The position numbers and the translations under genes are program-made. Positions 13,620-27,271 of a stretch of DNA of 64,000 nucleotides are shown here, piece by piece. The number at the start of each line of letters is the position of its first letter. Position 1 is the first letter of the stretch. The stretch spans positions 34,720,001-34,784,000 of the forward strand of contig OX597821.1 of assembly GCA_951406725.2 (NCBI GenBank), given 5' to 3'. This DNA comes from Octopus vulgaris. Lineage: Eukaryota. Below the pieces are notes generated by a model, which did no database searches, was not told where the DNA came from, and saw nothing but the letters and a program-made list of their open reading frames with translations.

Positions 13620-15146
13620 TTAATCAACTCCAAAAGGAGTTCAGAAACGTTCCACAAGTCAGCAATGCCCAGACACTGGATAAGTGCATGCAGAATTGGT
13701 TTATCGCCCTGCGCACATCTCTGACTTCCGTGCCTGTAGAGCTTGTTTCGACCTGGTAGAACTATATGCCTTGTCCTAAAATCTTTCAGAAAAGACCAGC
13801 TAATTGATCTCTTCCAGAGTTTTTCCCAGGCGCTTACCTGCCACTAATTCCCCATAAAACTCCAATGTGGAACTTCTACCGACTGCATTGCCCAATTGGC
13901 AGAGGGCTGTGAGCGTTTGCCAACACTCCAGGTGCTAAGCACCATTTCTCGGTGTACTCTTGCTACTAGACTGTGGCTCCTTCAATGAGATGAGCTGCGA
14001 AAATCCTGTCGGACAAACGACGGCCACATCTGCTGACCGACAAGGAAACGCTGGAGATGTCGCAGCCTCAACGCATGTCTGCGCATCATTAGCCACGGCA
14101 TGTTCAGTTCTTCACTCAGTGGCTGCTGACAGCAGATGGACCCTCTGGCAAGTGGAACACGTCCCTTCTACAGAAAGCGGAAGAGCAAACGTTCCAGCTT
14201 GATCAGCCATGAAGCAGGGCAAGGGATGACGCACAGATGGTAGTGGATGGCGGAAATGATGTTCAGGAACAGCTCTTCAGGAACAGCTTCCTCTCTGCCC
14301 ATTTCCGGGTGAGACTAGCCACCTCTTCAGTTTTTGTCCACCTGGAGGTTCGGACTAATCCAGATCCCGTACAATTTAAGCAGTCCTTCCGTTCAGTGCC
14401 CTACGACGCTGTCATTAGGCAATGACCTGTCTCTCTAATCTTTTCTCCTGTAACCGATTCGTTCTCCTTTAAGGTAATGCCGATATCTGAGATGTCCGAC
14501 ACTATTACGATGACGTCGTCCACATAAGCTAACGCGAATCTTCCGCATCTCAGTTCACGTGGGATGTCCCTCGAAACACCCACCTTTCGTTACAATGGCT
14601 CGAGAGTCCTCACGTGCAGAATGGATTAGAGCAGACATCTTTGACGGACCGAACATGCGATGCTAAACGATTCAGACAAGTGACCATTTATTTAGACCAC
14701 CGAAAAAATGCTGCTGTACGTTGCAGCGATCTCGCCTCTATAAACGGGACCGAAACAGGCCACCGCGAGAACAGCTTATAAATATTGGTGATCGACTATA
14801 TCCAAATTGATCAAGGCACCACCCATGTCAGGTTCCTTACCCACCCTCATTATGATGTAACATACGAGGTGAAGGTATCGAAATCTGCGCATCACCGACC
14901 AGCTTAACGACAAGCACCAACCTCTTGGCTAACACCGTAGCCAAAGTCATATAATCTCAATTCGGCAGAGTTATGGGCCTAAAACTATCTATTTGATCCT
15001 CCTTGTTCGGGTCCTTTCTCACCAGCACCACCATGCCATAGTACCAGGAATTCTCTCGTTCAACTGCCAGTTGCGGTAGACATCCGCCAAGAAATTACCG
15101 AACAAGTCGGGCATAGAAAAAATAAAGCTCGAAGGAAAGATATCCA
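13620..15146 (-). pseudogene. Decayed L1/Tx1-type LINE ORF2 (RT to zinc finger)
   Basis: Minus-strand remnants MPDLFGNFLADVYRNWQ, FRPITLPN, VLAKRL, SVRQ..LEPL, AYVDDV; many stops and frameshifts. Confidence 0.8.
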
Positions 15147-15475
15147 GTTTGCTTTAGAAGCGTTGAGATGTATTATCACAACGCTTCTAAAGCAAACGTT
15201 GTTTACTTCCAGCTAGATTTATAAATCCTGAAATTGCAGAACAATTCGTTACTAGGCAGTTTAGCATAAAGGTAAAGCATTTGACGCGTAATCACAGGGA
15301 TATGAAATCGAGTCTCATGACTGGTCAGTAACGAATTTTTCTGCAATATACGGATAGTTTTATGTTGCTCATGCTATTGTATTAGCATTATCATGCGTTT
15401 GAAAATAAATTATGCCTGTATCTTTCAATACATCTCAACACTTCTAAAGCAAAACTTTGTTTACTTTCATCGTAA

Positions 15476-15554
<79 letters not shown>

Positions 15555-15603
15555 TTTTTTTTTACATTGGCATGCTAGAGATGTTGATATTGGTGTTGTT
15601 ATG

Positions 15604-16055
15604 AAGACGGCTAGCTGACTGAATCGTTAGCACGCCGGGCGAAAAGCTTAGCGGTATTTCGTCTGCTGCTACGCTCTGAGTTCAAATTCCACCGAGGTTG
15701 ACTTTGCCTTTCATCCTTTCGGGGTCGATAAATTAAGTACCAGTGAAGCACCAGGATCGATGTAATTGACTAATCTCCTCCCGCCGAATTTCAGGCTTTA
15801 TGCCAAGAGTAGAAAGGATTATTATTATTAATAATAAGGCGGTGAGCTAGCAGAATTATTAGCACGTCGGGCTAAATGCTTAGCAGCATTTCGTCCGTCT
15901 TTACGTTCTGAGTTCAAATTCCGCGCATGTCGACATTGCCTTTCATCCTTTCGAGGTCAATAAAATAAGCACCAATCAAGTACTGGTGTCGATGTAATAG
16001 AGTAACGCTCCCACCCGCAACCTCAGGCTTTGCGTCTATGATACAAAGGGCTATT

Positions 16056-16091
<36 letters not shown>

Positions 16092-17610
16092 TTCATCATC
16101 ATCATCATCATCATCATCGTTATCATCATTGATATTGACTAAGTAACAAATAACTACCGAGCGACTACTAGACACCTAGAGCAGCCATAACAGAGTAATA
16201 TTATTGTGCAACACAGCTGCTTGTTCTTTTGGAAAGAAAAACAAAACCGTTATGAGAATATGAAGAGTGTTAACACTATTGTATATTTTATTAATATTGT
16301 TATTATTCTTGCTGTTGTTGTTGTTGTTGTTGTGTAGTTTAGAATACTGTATATCGATGGTGAAAAGTTGCTGCTGAGTAGCATTGAAGTATATAGCTGT
16401 ACTGTACTATACGTTTTTTGGCAAAGATCTTGGCATCTATTACTGGCAAGAATAATGTAGAACATGAATATTTGATCTTATAAACAAGCCATATGAACTT
16501 ATCTTGGTCATGAATAAGTAAGCTATTATATTAATCCCCTCCCCATAAATTTCAGACCTTGTGCCTATAGCAGAAAGCATATTAATGTTGTTATCAAGAC
16601 AGCGAGCTAGCAGAATCGTTGGCACTCTGGGCGAAATGCTTAAAGTCATTTATTCCGACTTACGTCTAGAGTTCGAATACCTATTTCTTTACTACCCACA
16701 AGGGGCTAAACACAGAGGGGACAAACAAGGACAGACAAACGGATAAAGTCGATTATGTCGACCCCAGTGCGGAACTGGTACTTAATTTATCGGCCCCGAA
16801 AGGATGAAAGGCAAAGTCGACCTCGGAGGAATTTGAACTCAGAACATAACGGCAGACGAAATACGGCTACGCATTTCGCCCGGCGTGCTAACGTTTCTGC
16901 CAGCTCGCTGCCTTAAAATTATACCTTTCAATACCTTTCGGGTCGATGGTCGATGAAATATGTACCAGTTGAACACTGGGGTCCATGTAAACGACTTATA
17001 TTCTGCCCCGAAATTGCTGGCCTTGTGCCAAAATTTGAAATCGATATTGTTGTGTTATTAAGGCGGCGAGTTGACAGAACTCTTAGCATACCTGACATTC
17101 TTCTGCATCTCTTCTGACTTTTCGTTCTGAGTTCAAATTCCGCCGAGGTCGATTTTATCCTTCATTCTTTCAGGCTTCATAAATAAATACCAGTTAAGCG
17201 CTGGAGCCGATGTAATCAACTTGCCCACTCCTTCTAAATTTCAGCCCTTGTGCCGAGAGTAGAAAGAATTGTTATATTACTATAATTAAGGCGACAAGCT
17301 GGCAGAAACGTTAGCACGCCGGGCGAAATGCGTAGCCGTATTTTGTCTGCCGTTACGTTCTGAGTTCAAATTCTGCCGAGGTCGACTTTGCCTTTCATCC
17401 TTTCGGGGTCGACTAAATAAGTACCAGTTACGCACTGGGGTCGATGTAATCGACTTAATCCGTTTGTCTGTCCTTGTTTGTCCTCTCTGTTTTTAGCCCC
17501 TTGTGGGTAGTAAAGAAATAGGTATTTCGTCTGTCTTATGTTCTGAGTTCAAATTCCACCAAGATCAGTCTTACCTTTTATCCTTTCGGGGTCGATAAAC
17601 CAAGTACTAG
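15604..17610. mobile_element. Cluster of at least six SINE family B copies (15604-15820, 15836-16052, about 16540-17045 nested, 17059-17270, 17288-17610)
   Basis: Repeated aaggcggcgagctggcagaa..gagttcaaattcc..gcctttcatcctttcggggtcgataaattaagtaccag; central block resembles the Deu/Nin SINE domain (recollection). Confidence 0.85.
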
Positions 17611-18001
17611 TTGAATAGAAAAGATATTCACTGTTGTTACTGTTCCCGGTGGTGGTGATGGTGGCGAAAATGGTAGTAGTAGTAGTAGTGGTGGAAGCTG
17701 TAGTGAAAGCGTTGCTTTTCATGTTGTTGTTGTTGGAGGTGGTGGTGGTGGTGATAGTGTCCATATGGTGTGTGAGGCGAAACCACGGGGGAAACGAACT
17801 GAACATATCAAAACAGATGTGGTGCAATTAATTGGTTTTATAATAAGATACTTCTACCATGTGTATAGGTATGGTACTGTTTACAATACACTATATTACT
17901 CCTCTCCTCTCTCTCTCTCTCTTTCTTGTCTTTTCTCTCTACATCTCTCTCACCTTCTCATCTATTCCCCTTTCACAGATATATATTCTCATACGCACTC
18001 A

Positions 18002-18136
<135 letters not shown>

Positions 18137-18192
18137 TATATATGTGTGTGTATGTATGTGTGTGTATATGTATATATATATACATACATACA

Positions 18193-18426
18193 TAGGTACA
18201 ATTAAAGAAGGGTGAACCCGGTGCGCGCACTCGCGTACTCGCGCATCCGCGCTAGCTAGTCGTGACTAGTCGATCCTTTATGTTTTTGTGTAAAAAAATT
18301 ATTTCTTTTGTGTTTTATTTACTTTGCTAGCTAGCCGTTGTAGGATCGACTAGTCACGACTAGCTAGCGCAGATGCGGGAGTACGCGAGTGCGCGCACCG
18401 GGGCCACTCTTCTTAAATAGTACCTA
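18193..18426. mobile_element. Hairpin MITE with about 85-bp CpG-rich TIRs in a TA/CATA microsatellite
   Basis: 18193-18277 pairs with 18342-18426 (ccggtgcgcgcactcgcgtactc..gctagctagtcgtgactagtcgatcct); TA at both ends. Confidence 0.8.
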
Positions 18427-18488
18427 TGTATGTATGTATGTATGTATATATATACAGTACCCATACACACACATATATATATACATAC

Positions 18489-18583
<95 letters not shown>

Positions 18584-18994
18584 ATATGTATATTCACATT
18601 TATATATGTATACAGACATGTATAGAGGCACCGAAGTGTATGTTTACACGCTTGATCAGCTATGTTTACTTTCGTGTGTGTTCATTTTTGCTTGTATATT
18701 CGTGCGTGGGACGACGGCGTCGACAACAAAATATACACACACATATATGTATGTGTGTGTTCGTGTATATATATGTCTTCTTCATCATCTTCTTCTTCTT
18801 CTTCTTCTTTTTATTATTATTATTATATATATGTATCTATGTGTGGGGTGTTTGAGGGTGTGTGTGTATGTGTGTGCATATATATATATATATATGTTCA
18901 GCAAAATTTAGATTCAAATGAATATGGTACTTAAATGATGTAGCGTGAAACGATCGTACCAACTTACCGACGTTATTCTTGTTGCTTATTTTCA

Positions 18995-19037
<43 letters not shown>

Positions 19038-19087
19038 TATATACGCACATGCATATTTAGATACATCCTGTGTGGATATGTATAAGC

Positions 19088-19166
<79 letters not shown>

Positions 19167-19768
19167 TGTGTGTATGTGCTAGACATTAGAAATTTTAGTG
19201 ATAAAAAACTCCCCGCAAGAAATGATTTCTGAAGGTTTGACGGAAGGTTGAGCAGTGTAAAGGCATTAATTCTTCAAGGATTAGGCCCCATTTTCTTTAA
19301 CCCCAGCCCACAAGATATCTAATCCACATAAACAAAAATAAAAAAAAAAAACCCCACTCATATACAAATAAAATCACATAAATATAATAAAATAGTGATT
19401 CGGGAAGAGGTCACCCTCCCCTCCTCTCTACTAAAGAACAAATAGTTAACCCCGCAAAAAAGCAATCAGAAAAACAAAGGAAAAAGAAAGCAAAAACAGC
19501 AAATGTACGTTCCCACCACATCTGAAATTAAATAGCAAAATCTAATGATTACGAAAGTCCCTGAAAGAAAACAAAAAAACAAAAAAAACTAAATCATATC
19601 AAAATTAAATATATATGAAAATAAACTGTGGAAGAGGTCTTCTGAGAGAGGGATGTGGGTATACAGGTAGAAAAGTTGGAGAATGAAATAAAGGTAAACA
19701 GAACGTAATTAGAATTCCATCACCACCACCGCACGAAAATATACACACGCATATATGTAAGAATATCT

Positions 19769-20001
19769 ATTTCTTTACTACCCACAAGGAGCTAAACACA
19801 GAGAGGACAAACAAGGACAGACAAATGAATTAAGTCGATTATATCGACCCCAGTGCGTAACTGGTACTTATTTAATCGACCCCGAAAGGATGAAAGGCAA
19901 AGTCGACCTCGGCGGAATTTGAACTCAGAACGTAGCGGCGGACGAAATACCGCAAAGCATTTCGTCCGGCGTACTAAAGGTTCTGCCAGCTCGCCGCCTT
20001 A
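19769..20001 (-). mobile_element. Young SINE B with Tx1-like tail and 16-bp TSD
   Basis: atatgtaagaatatct at 19753-19768 and 20002-20017. Confidence 0.9.
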
Positions 20002-20461
20002 ATATGTAAGAATATCTGTCTGATTACTGGCACTCCGTCGGTTACGACGACGAATGTTCCAGTTGATCCGATCAACGGAACAGCCTGCGCGTGAAGTTAA
20101 TATGCATGTGGCTGAACAGCTGTTACTTCCTATTTGCTTACCCCTAATAAGTATGAAAGGGGCTAATATTTCCTTCAAATTTTGTTTTTATTACATTTAC
20201 TCAAACTTCAAAGAATTTCTCTTAATATATGGCTATGATGCTTCTCCCACTACCCTTGCTCATGATCAAAGAAGAACATCTTGTCACCCACTAAGGGACA
20301 TATTCGAGTGATAAAGGTCTGACTACTAGATCTGTGGTATTGAGCAGAATATTTGCTATAACGATATTTCTGCTTCAGCAACTCAGTGCTGAATCTGTCT
20401 GAAATGTAATGGAAAATAAGTTAGGTTCAAAAGCAAAGTTTGAAGGAAATAATAATTATTT

Positions 20462-20882
20462 CGGATCTTTTCGGTTTGAACGGCAGTTTTTAACATAATT
20501 TCTAGGTAACAAAAAAATTTTAAACTTCGTATACTGGTAGAATGTGTTTATAAAACAGCTTTTTCTCTTGGCTTTATTGAGAAAATTCTATAGTTTGTAA
20601 GATATTTGTTGTTTCTTTTCGTCAATTTCTGCAATTTCAACCAATCACTGATGTCTATTGAGTTAAAAAGCATTCTGTGCCGTATGTCCCTCGTTTAAGA
20701 AACAGATTGGGTTTATTTACATTTGTGAAGAAAAAAAGATACCCTTCCCCCACCTCACCCCTAACTAACCCTAACCCTAAAACAGATTGAAATGCAATAG
20801 ATCGATACTAGGGTCATATTTATGGGTGACAATTTCATATGACACCGCTAGAAAAAACTGCCGTTCAAACCGAAAAGATCCG
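20462..20882. mobile_element. Second copy of the same MITE, opposite orientation
   Basis: cggatcttttcggtttgaacggcag...ctgccgttcaaaccgaaaagatccg; flanks ttattt and tcattt; interior is the reverse complement of 6369-6780. Confidence 0.85.
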
Positions 20883-20988
20883 TCATTTCCTTGAATTTCC
20901 AAATAGAAGCAAATTGGAAGTAAAACTTACTGACCAAAGACAAAAAAAAATTAAAATTTGTTATACTATGTTATCCTTATATGTATAT

Positions 20989-21019
<31 letters not shown>

Positions 21020-21126
21020 ACGATCTTCTTTCAGTTTCCGTCTATTAAATCCACTCTCCAGGCTTTGCCCTTAGCACCACGTAGTAGAACTGAACCACGA
21101 ACGGGGTGGCTGTAGGGGAAACGTCT

Positions 21127-21362
21127 TATTTCTTAATTGCCCACAAGGGGCTAAACATAGAGGGGACAAACAAGGACAGACGAAGGGATTAAGTCGATTA
21201 CGTCGACCCCAGTACGCATAACTGGTACTTAAATTTATCGACCCCGAAAGGACGAAACGCAAAATCGACCTCGGTGGAATTTGAACTCAGAACGTAACGG
21301 CAGACGAAATACCGCTAAGCATTTCGCCCGGCGTGCTAACGTTTCTGCCAACTCGCCGCCTT
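21127..21362 (-). mobile_element. SINE B with Tx1-like tail, inserted in a SINE C remnant
   Basis: Full head-to-tail match to 19769-20001. Confidence 0.85.
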
Positions 21363-21717
21363 CTAGGGTAAAGCTCTTGCCACACAGCCACCCACGCATG
21401 CGTCTGGTTGCAGTTAAAACATAGTTAAACTACGACAAAAAGTGAATAAGAAGAATATGTCTTAATACTTTTTTCTTACAGAAATATAAAAGAGATTGTT
21501 GTGAGGTGTTTCTTGGATGGTTGACTACTTATCAAAGAACAATGGCTCACTCATTGCTCTGCGAAAGAAGAGAATTTATCATTATTTAAATCAAACCCAA
21601 ATTAGAATTTATCTTCAATGTGGAGACTTATTTGTATGCTGAGCGGTGGAGTGATTTTTTAAATACATACTCCGTTGTGCGCACGTGTATTTAATAACCA
21701 TTTAATCTTACGTATTG

Positions 21718-21783
<66 letters not shown>

Positions 21784-22502
21784 AATGTAAATACATACAT
21801 ACATACATATATACATTCATATAAACAAAAATACCCAGTTGTTAATGTTGAAATTCCAAGGAAGGAGCTTTGGATCTAGGGTAGAAACCGGTTCTTTCCC
21901 TACTGGCAAAAATCTTGAAATAAAACTGAATAATGACATACATACATACATACATACATACATACATACATACATACATACAGACACACACACATATAAT
22001 GAAATATGTCTCATAAACAAGCATATATGTACACACATGTCTGTGATTACATATATGATTATATGTGCATGTATATAAGTATACATGTATATGTATGTAT
22101 ATATGTTATCTGTCTTTATATTAGATAAATTTAAATAAGGCCATATAGTCAATGAAAATAAATTCACTTCACCAGTTCGTCAAAAAATTTATTTACGCTT
22201 TTTAATGCAATGAATGTAACGAAGATTACATAGAAGAAACAAAACTTATCCGCCGAAGAAAATCTCACTATTCTTAGGTACTAAATACGACGTCCCGTCA
22301 CTTGACAGATTTCACTACGTTAATATTTAATCTTTGTGCAACCAAAGAATCATCAAAATTTTTAGTTTTCCCAATATATTTTTTCTGTCAAAACACAGAT
22401 CAAATACAGAGCAATAAATATATTTATTAAAATTATTGAAGCACATCTGAATCAGTTATAACAGCATTGGACACAGACCTTATATTAATATGTTAACAAC
22501 TT

Positions 22503-23086
22503 AAGGCGGCGAGCTGGCAGAAACGTTAGCACGCCGGGCGAAATGCGTAGTGGTAATTCCTCTGCCGTTACGTTCTGAGTTCAAATTCCGCCGAGGTCTA
22601 CTTTGCCTTTCATTCTTTCGGGCTCGATTAAATAAGTACCAGTTACGCACTGGGGTCGATATAATCGACTTAATCCGTTTGTCTGTCCTTGTTTGTCCTC
22701 TCTATGCTTAGCCCCTTGTGGGTAATAAAGAAACAGGTATTTCGTCTGTCTTTACGTTCTGAGTTCAAATTCCGCCGAGGTTGACTTTGCCTTTCATTCT
22801 TTCGGGCTCGATTAAATAAGTACCAGTTACGCACTGGGGTCGATATAATCGACTTTATCCGTTTGTCTGTCCTTGTTTGTCCCCTCTATGTTTAACCCCT
22901 TGTTGGTAGTATAAAAATAGGTATTTCGTCTGTCTTTACGTTCTGAGTTCAAATTCCGCCGAGGTCGACTTTGCCTTTCATCCTTTCGGGGTCGATAAAT
23001 TAAGTACCAGTTACGCACTGGGGTCGATCTAAGCGACCGGCCCCTTCCCACAAATTCCGAGTCTTGTACCTAGAATAGAAAAGAAT
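22503..23086 (+). mobile_element. Triple tandem SINE B array
   Basis: One head, then bodies restarting at ggtatttcgtctgtc (22736, about 22921) after each Tx1-like tail. Confidence 0.9.
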
Positions 23087-23538
23087 ATATTAACAGCGTA
23101 TATTCTCACTCGTAAACTCATAGATGACAGTATATACGTATTCATACAAATACTTAGTGTCATTCGCATGAAAGAAATAATCTATTTCTCTATTTTTAGT
23201 TCTTCTGGCAACCTGTTCACACTATCACATGTCACATTCATTGGCTTGTCACTACCTTAAATTTTAGCGCAATTAGCGATCATGCTATCACGTAACCTAA
23301 TACGCGGACGTAATTCACATTTATAATACTTGCTGTCAAGTGACCCAATCATTAAACAAACACAAGTTTCACTTCAAGCGCAAATGTCTTTTATACGGCC
23401 TCATTATCCTAATCGACGAACCAATCTGTAACATAACTGATGGCAATTTGAACCAGATCTTCGCCATAAAAAAGGAGCGACTTTTCAAACTCCAGTCAAG
23501 TTCGTTTCAAATACAGCAAACACTAGGTATTTAGTACG

Positions 23539-23591
23539 ACCTGCTGAAGAGAATTGAGGAGTAATCCAGAACTTGAAACCATGATCCAGGT
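23539..23591 (+). ncRNA. Type I hammerhead-like motif
   Basis: acctg CUGAAGA ..gga GUAA tcc.. GAAAC catg AUC caggt; stem I acctg/caggt; one stem III mismatch. Confidence 0.6.
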
Positions 23592-23782
23592 ATATCTATT
23601 ACCTAATTCTACAGCTTTCAGCTGAGTTAAAATGTTGAATTTTCTTTGTTCGTTTGCCCGATTTCAGTTGGTCTGCTACGATTTTCAGTGAGTTAGTGGC
23701 TTGTTTGAGTATTTTAACTCTTATTTCTAGCAAGTTGTTTCTTAGTGTACCCTCTATTATGATTGTTTATTGATTATAAAAT

Positions 23783-23827
<45 letters not shown>

Positions 23828-23862
23828 ATATATATATATATGTATGTATATATATATATATG

Positions 23863-23965
<103 letters not shown>

Positions 23966-24494
23966 GAGCAAAACGCCCCCCGTCCAATGGACGGTGCTGA
24001 ACCATATCTGCTGAATAAAAAGCAATCAGTGTTTTCTTTTCATTAAAAAATCATTAAGCATGCCTTTATTTCAATAAATTTTGGGTTTTGTTAAACGAAT
24101 TCAAGCAAAATAAACATCTTGAGAAACCAAATAGTTTTTCCTTCCTTCATGCCAAGTTTGAAGAAAATATCTTACATCTTACTTTTTGGTCTCTTAAATA
24201 TGCTGCATTTTGTGGCATTATTTCAAGCCAGCCGGCTTTTTTTGCGCAAACTACACGTCCATGTTTCTCAAGTACGCGTAGTATCGATCGCAACAGCTGA
24301 TATACTTGCGCGTACAAATGCACGTTCCCACGGCTTTGTCGATCGCATTCTCACCGGGAATCGATTTTTGTAATTTTTTCAAGACTTATATACACCCTGT
24401 TACCATCAGTATCTACATATCAAAATTGAACGCAATCGGATGGAAGATGCCCGAGATCCTAGAAGAACGGATTTTATATTATATTATATTATAT

Positions 24495-24525
<31 letters not shown>

Positions 24526-24746
24526 CTGTAAGAAACTATCCTACTTTCTATGTTCTATGTTATATAGTTTAATAATTACTGGTATTTTTATATATGTAAA
24601 ACATAGTATGTTATACATGTATGTATATTGTTATCATTGTTTTTTTTAAAATAAATAAATAGACATAATATAATGTCTAAAAGTTGATGAATACCACCAC
24701 TTGATCTCCTCCATTTTCTTATTGCCGTATATATATTCTACACAAA

Positions 24747-24786
24747 ACTGTCCGACGAACGGGAACGTGAAACTCTGAGTAACAGT
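24747..24786 (+). ncRNA. Minimal type I hammerhead ribozyme (CCGACGA core variant)
   Basis: actgt CCGACGA acg GGAA cgt GAAA CUC u GAG UA acagt; stems I-III all pair; same family as 59960. Confidence 0.75.
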
Positions 24787-24817
24787 GTTTGTGATATTTT
24801 TGCTGCTTTTTAATAAA

Positions 24818-24868
<51 letters not shown>

Positions 24869-25158
24869 AGAAAAGAGTGAAAAAACTGCAGAAAGCTTGT
24901 TTTATAAGGTTAAAGAATATATTTAAGTCGTTATGTTAGAAAAATGTTATAAAATTTTGTGTTTAGTAACATAGTTTTTGGAGAAATAACCGGTTTCGTG
25001 TAAACTATGTTACTATACACAAAATTCTATAACATTTTTCTAACATAACGACTTAAATATATTCTTTAACCTTATAAGACAAGCCTTCTGTAGTTTTTTC
25101 ACGCTTTTCTATTTTTTATACATCCAACCACGTGCTTTCACACACCAACTTTCTCACC
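24869..25158. mobile_element. Fold-back pair of PLE terminal repeats (same family as 12554-12730)
   Basis: 24869-24977 is the near reverse complement of 25002-25110; both match 12554-12730; (TA)n on both sides. Confidence 0.8.
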
Positions 25159-25174
25159 TATATATATATACATA

Positions 25175-25210
<36 letters not shown>

Positions 25211-25566
25211 TGTATGTATGTATGTACACCTTACAATATTGCAGTGATGTGAATACACGCATAATTAGAAAGAACTCAGTACTGGATGAAGAGTAAAGTG
25301 AATAGCTAATAGAGATCCAGTCGACAGACAATTCCAGATGGTTATTTGTGGAATTATTTGGAGAATTGTCAAAATCATCATTTTTCAATTCCCCAGAGGC
25401 AACCATACTAAATCATATTCTCGAACTGTCACTTCGACTTCGTTTAAATTGTGTGTGTATATATATGTATGTATATATATGTTTATGAATGTATGTACAT
25501 GTATATACACACATATGCATATGTATATATATTATGTGCTGATATATATATATATGTATATATATG

Positions 25567-25623
<57 letters not shown>

Positions 25624-25652
25624 GTATGTATATATATATATGTATATGTATG

Positions 25653-25734
<82 letters not shown>

Positions 25735-25942
25735 TGTATAATTTGACATGTATATAATGTAAGTATATATTTATATATCTATTCTGCGCACATATGTATG
25801 TATCCATAAATATACAACCATAAATACATACGCATCTATATATATGTGAGATTCATACACATTTTTTAGCGACAGAAATATAATCGCTGATAAACACCTG
25901 TTTGCAATACAACGTATCATATTAAGTACACATACACACACA

Positions 25943-26005
<63 letters not shown>

Positions 26006-26229
26006 CACACAAATGTGCTATACAAACAATGAGGAATTGAAGCCAACACTGGGATGTGTCTTGGAACATAATGTAGAAATGAGGAGAGAATAAATCAATG
26101 AGAAGAAGAATGGTAATCTTGTGGATGAAGATGTCATTAGATAATATTCAAAGAGTCTGGCTCTAGTTTAATCCAGTTGTAGAATAATATGTATTGAGGA
26201 AGAGATAATATAGTTTCTAACATCTAATT

Positions 26230-26490
26230 CGTTGTTGTTGTTGTTGTTGTTGTTGCTGTTGTTGTTGTTGTTGCTGTTGTTGTTGTTGTTCTTCTTCTTG
26301 TTCTTCTTCTTCTCCTTCTTCTTCTCCTTCTCCTTCTTCTTCTCCTTCTCCTTCTTCTTCTTCTTCTTCATCTTCTTCTTCTTCTTCATCTTCTTCCTCC
26401 TTCTCCTCCTCCTCCTCCTTCTTCTTCTTCTTCTTCTTCTTCTTCATCTTCTTCTTCTTCTTCTTCTTCTTCTTCTTCTTTTTCTTCGTT
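26230..26490. repeat. (GTT)n/(CTT)n/(CTC)n compound trinucleotide repeat
   Basis: Direct reading; similar (AAT)/(AAC) tracts at 49585-49765 and 50012-50120. Confidence 0.95.
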
Positions 26491-27207
26491 TTGTTGCTTA
26501 TCATAAGTAACACTTGATCGATAATACTTATATTATATACGTATCATTTATCAAAGTTGTAGTATTGAACATCCAGTTCTTTTTTTTAATTCTCATTCAT
26601 AGCAACGTAGCCCTTTCTTCTTTTTTTTTTTTGAAAATTTATTTTCGAGGTTCTTATATCTGAAGGAGATTTAGCTTCTATATCAAGCACGCCGTGTGGA
26701 CGCTTAAGCCCTTCCTTTAATAGTTCTTATGATATCCACTGGACAACAACAAAACCATTGGCCAATACTGTTGCCACCTAAGGAGCCGTCTCAAAAACTT
26801 TGCCGCAAATAAGTTTACCAAACATATAAGCCACAATGATAGGGAGTAATGTATCCTACCCCCACCATTCAGGAATGAACAAGCCAAGGAAAAAGGGACA
26901 TTACTATAACCAAACGTGCCATCTCAAGTGAAACGTTATCTATGTACATCAGGTATGGGCAATTTTTATCGAGAAACGCACGAGACATGACTTATCACCT
27001 GGTGGGTTGCACTACTAAGAAAATTGAAGGCAGTTTTTCGTTAGGCCTACCATTCAGAAAATTCCGTGGTTTGCAGGTTGTCCATGATTGATTTGCTTGA
27101 TTATCCGACCTGTTTGAAATAGCAACCGAATGTCCCTCATATTACACTTTTATCATCTTAAAGAAGGAAGGCATCTCTGAAAATTTAAATAAATAAATCT
27201 TGTAAAT

Positions 27208-27270
<63 letters not shown>

Positions 27271-27271
<1 letters not shown>

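Noticed and set aside
20758-20780. CCCTAA repeats as an interstitial telomere
   Set aside because: Only about three units, internal to a MITE
22503-23086. Regularly spaced direct repeats suggestive of a CRISPR-like array
   Set aside because: Units are about 185-bp SINE bodies with no unique spacers and no cas genes; eukaryotic context
23990-24400. Possible Tc1/mariner remnants (caccctgt end at about 24400; also 37200-37750)
   Set aside because: No paired TIR or translatable transposase motif could be confirmed by eye
26168-26513. Poly-K/E/Q ORFs resembling low-complexity proteins
   Set aside because: Compound trinucleotide microsatellite without flanking coding sequence
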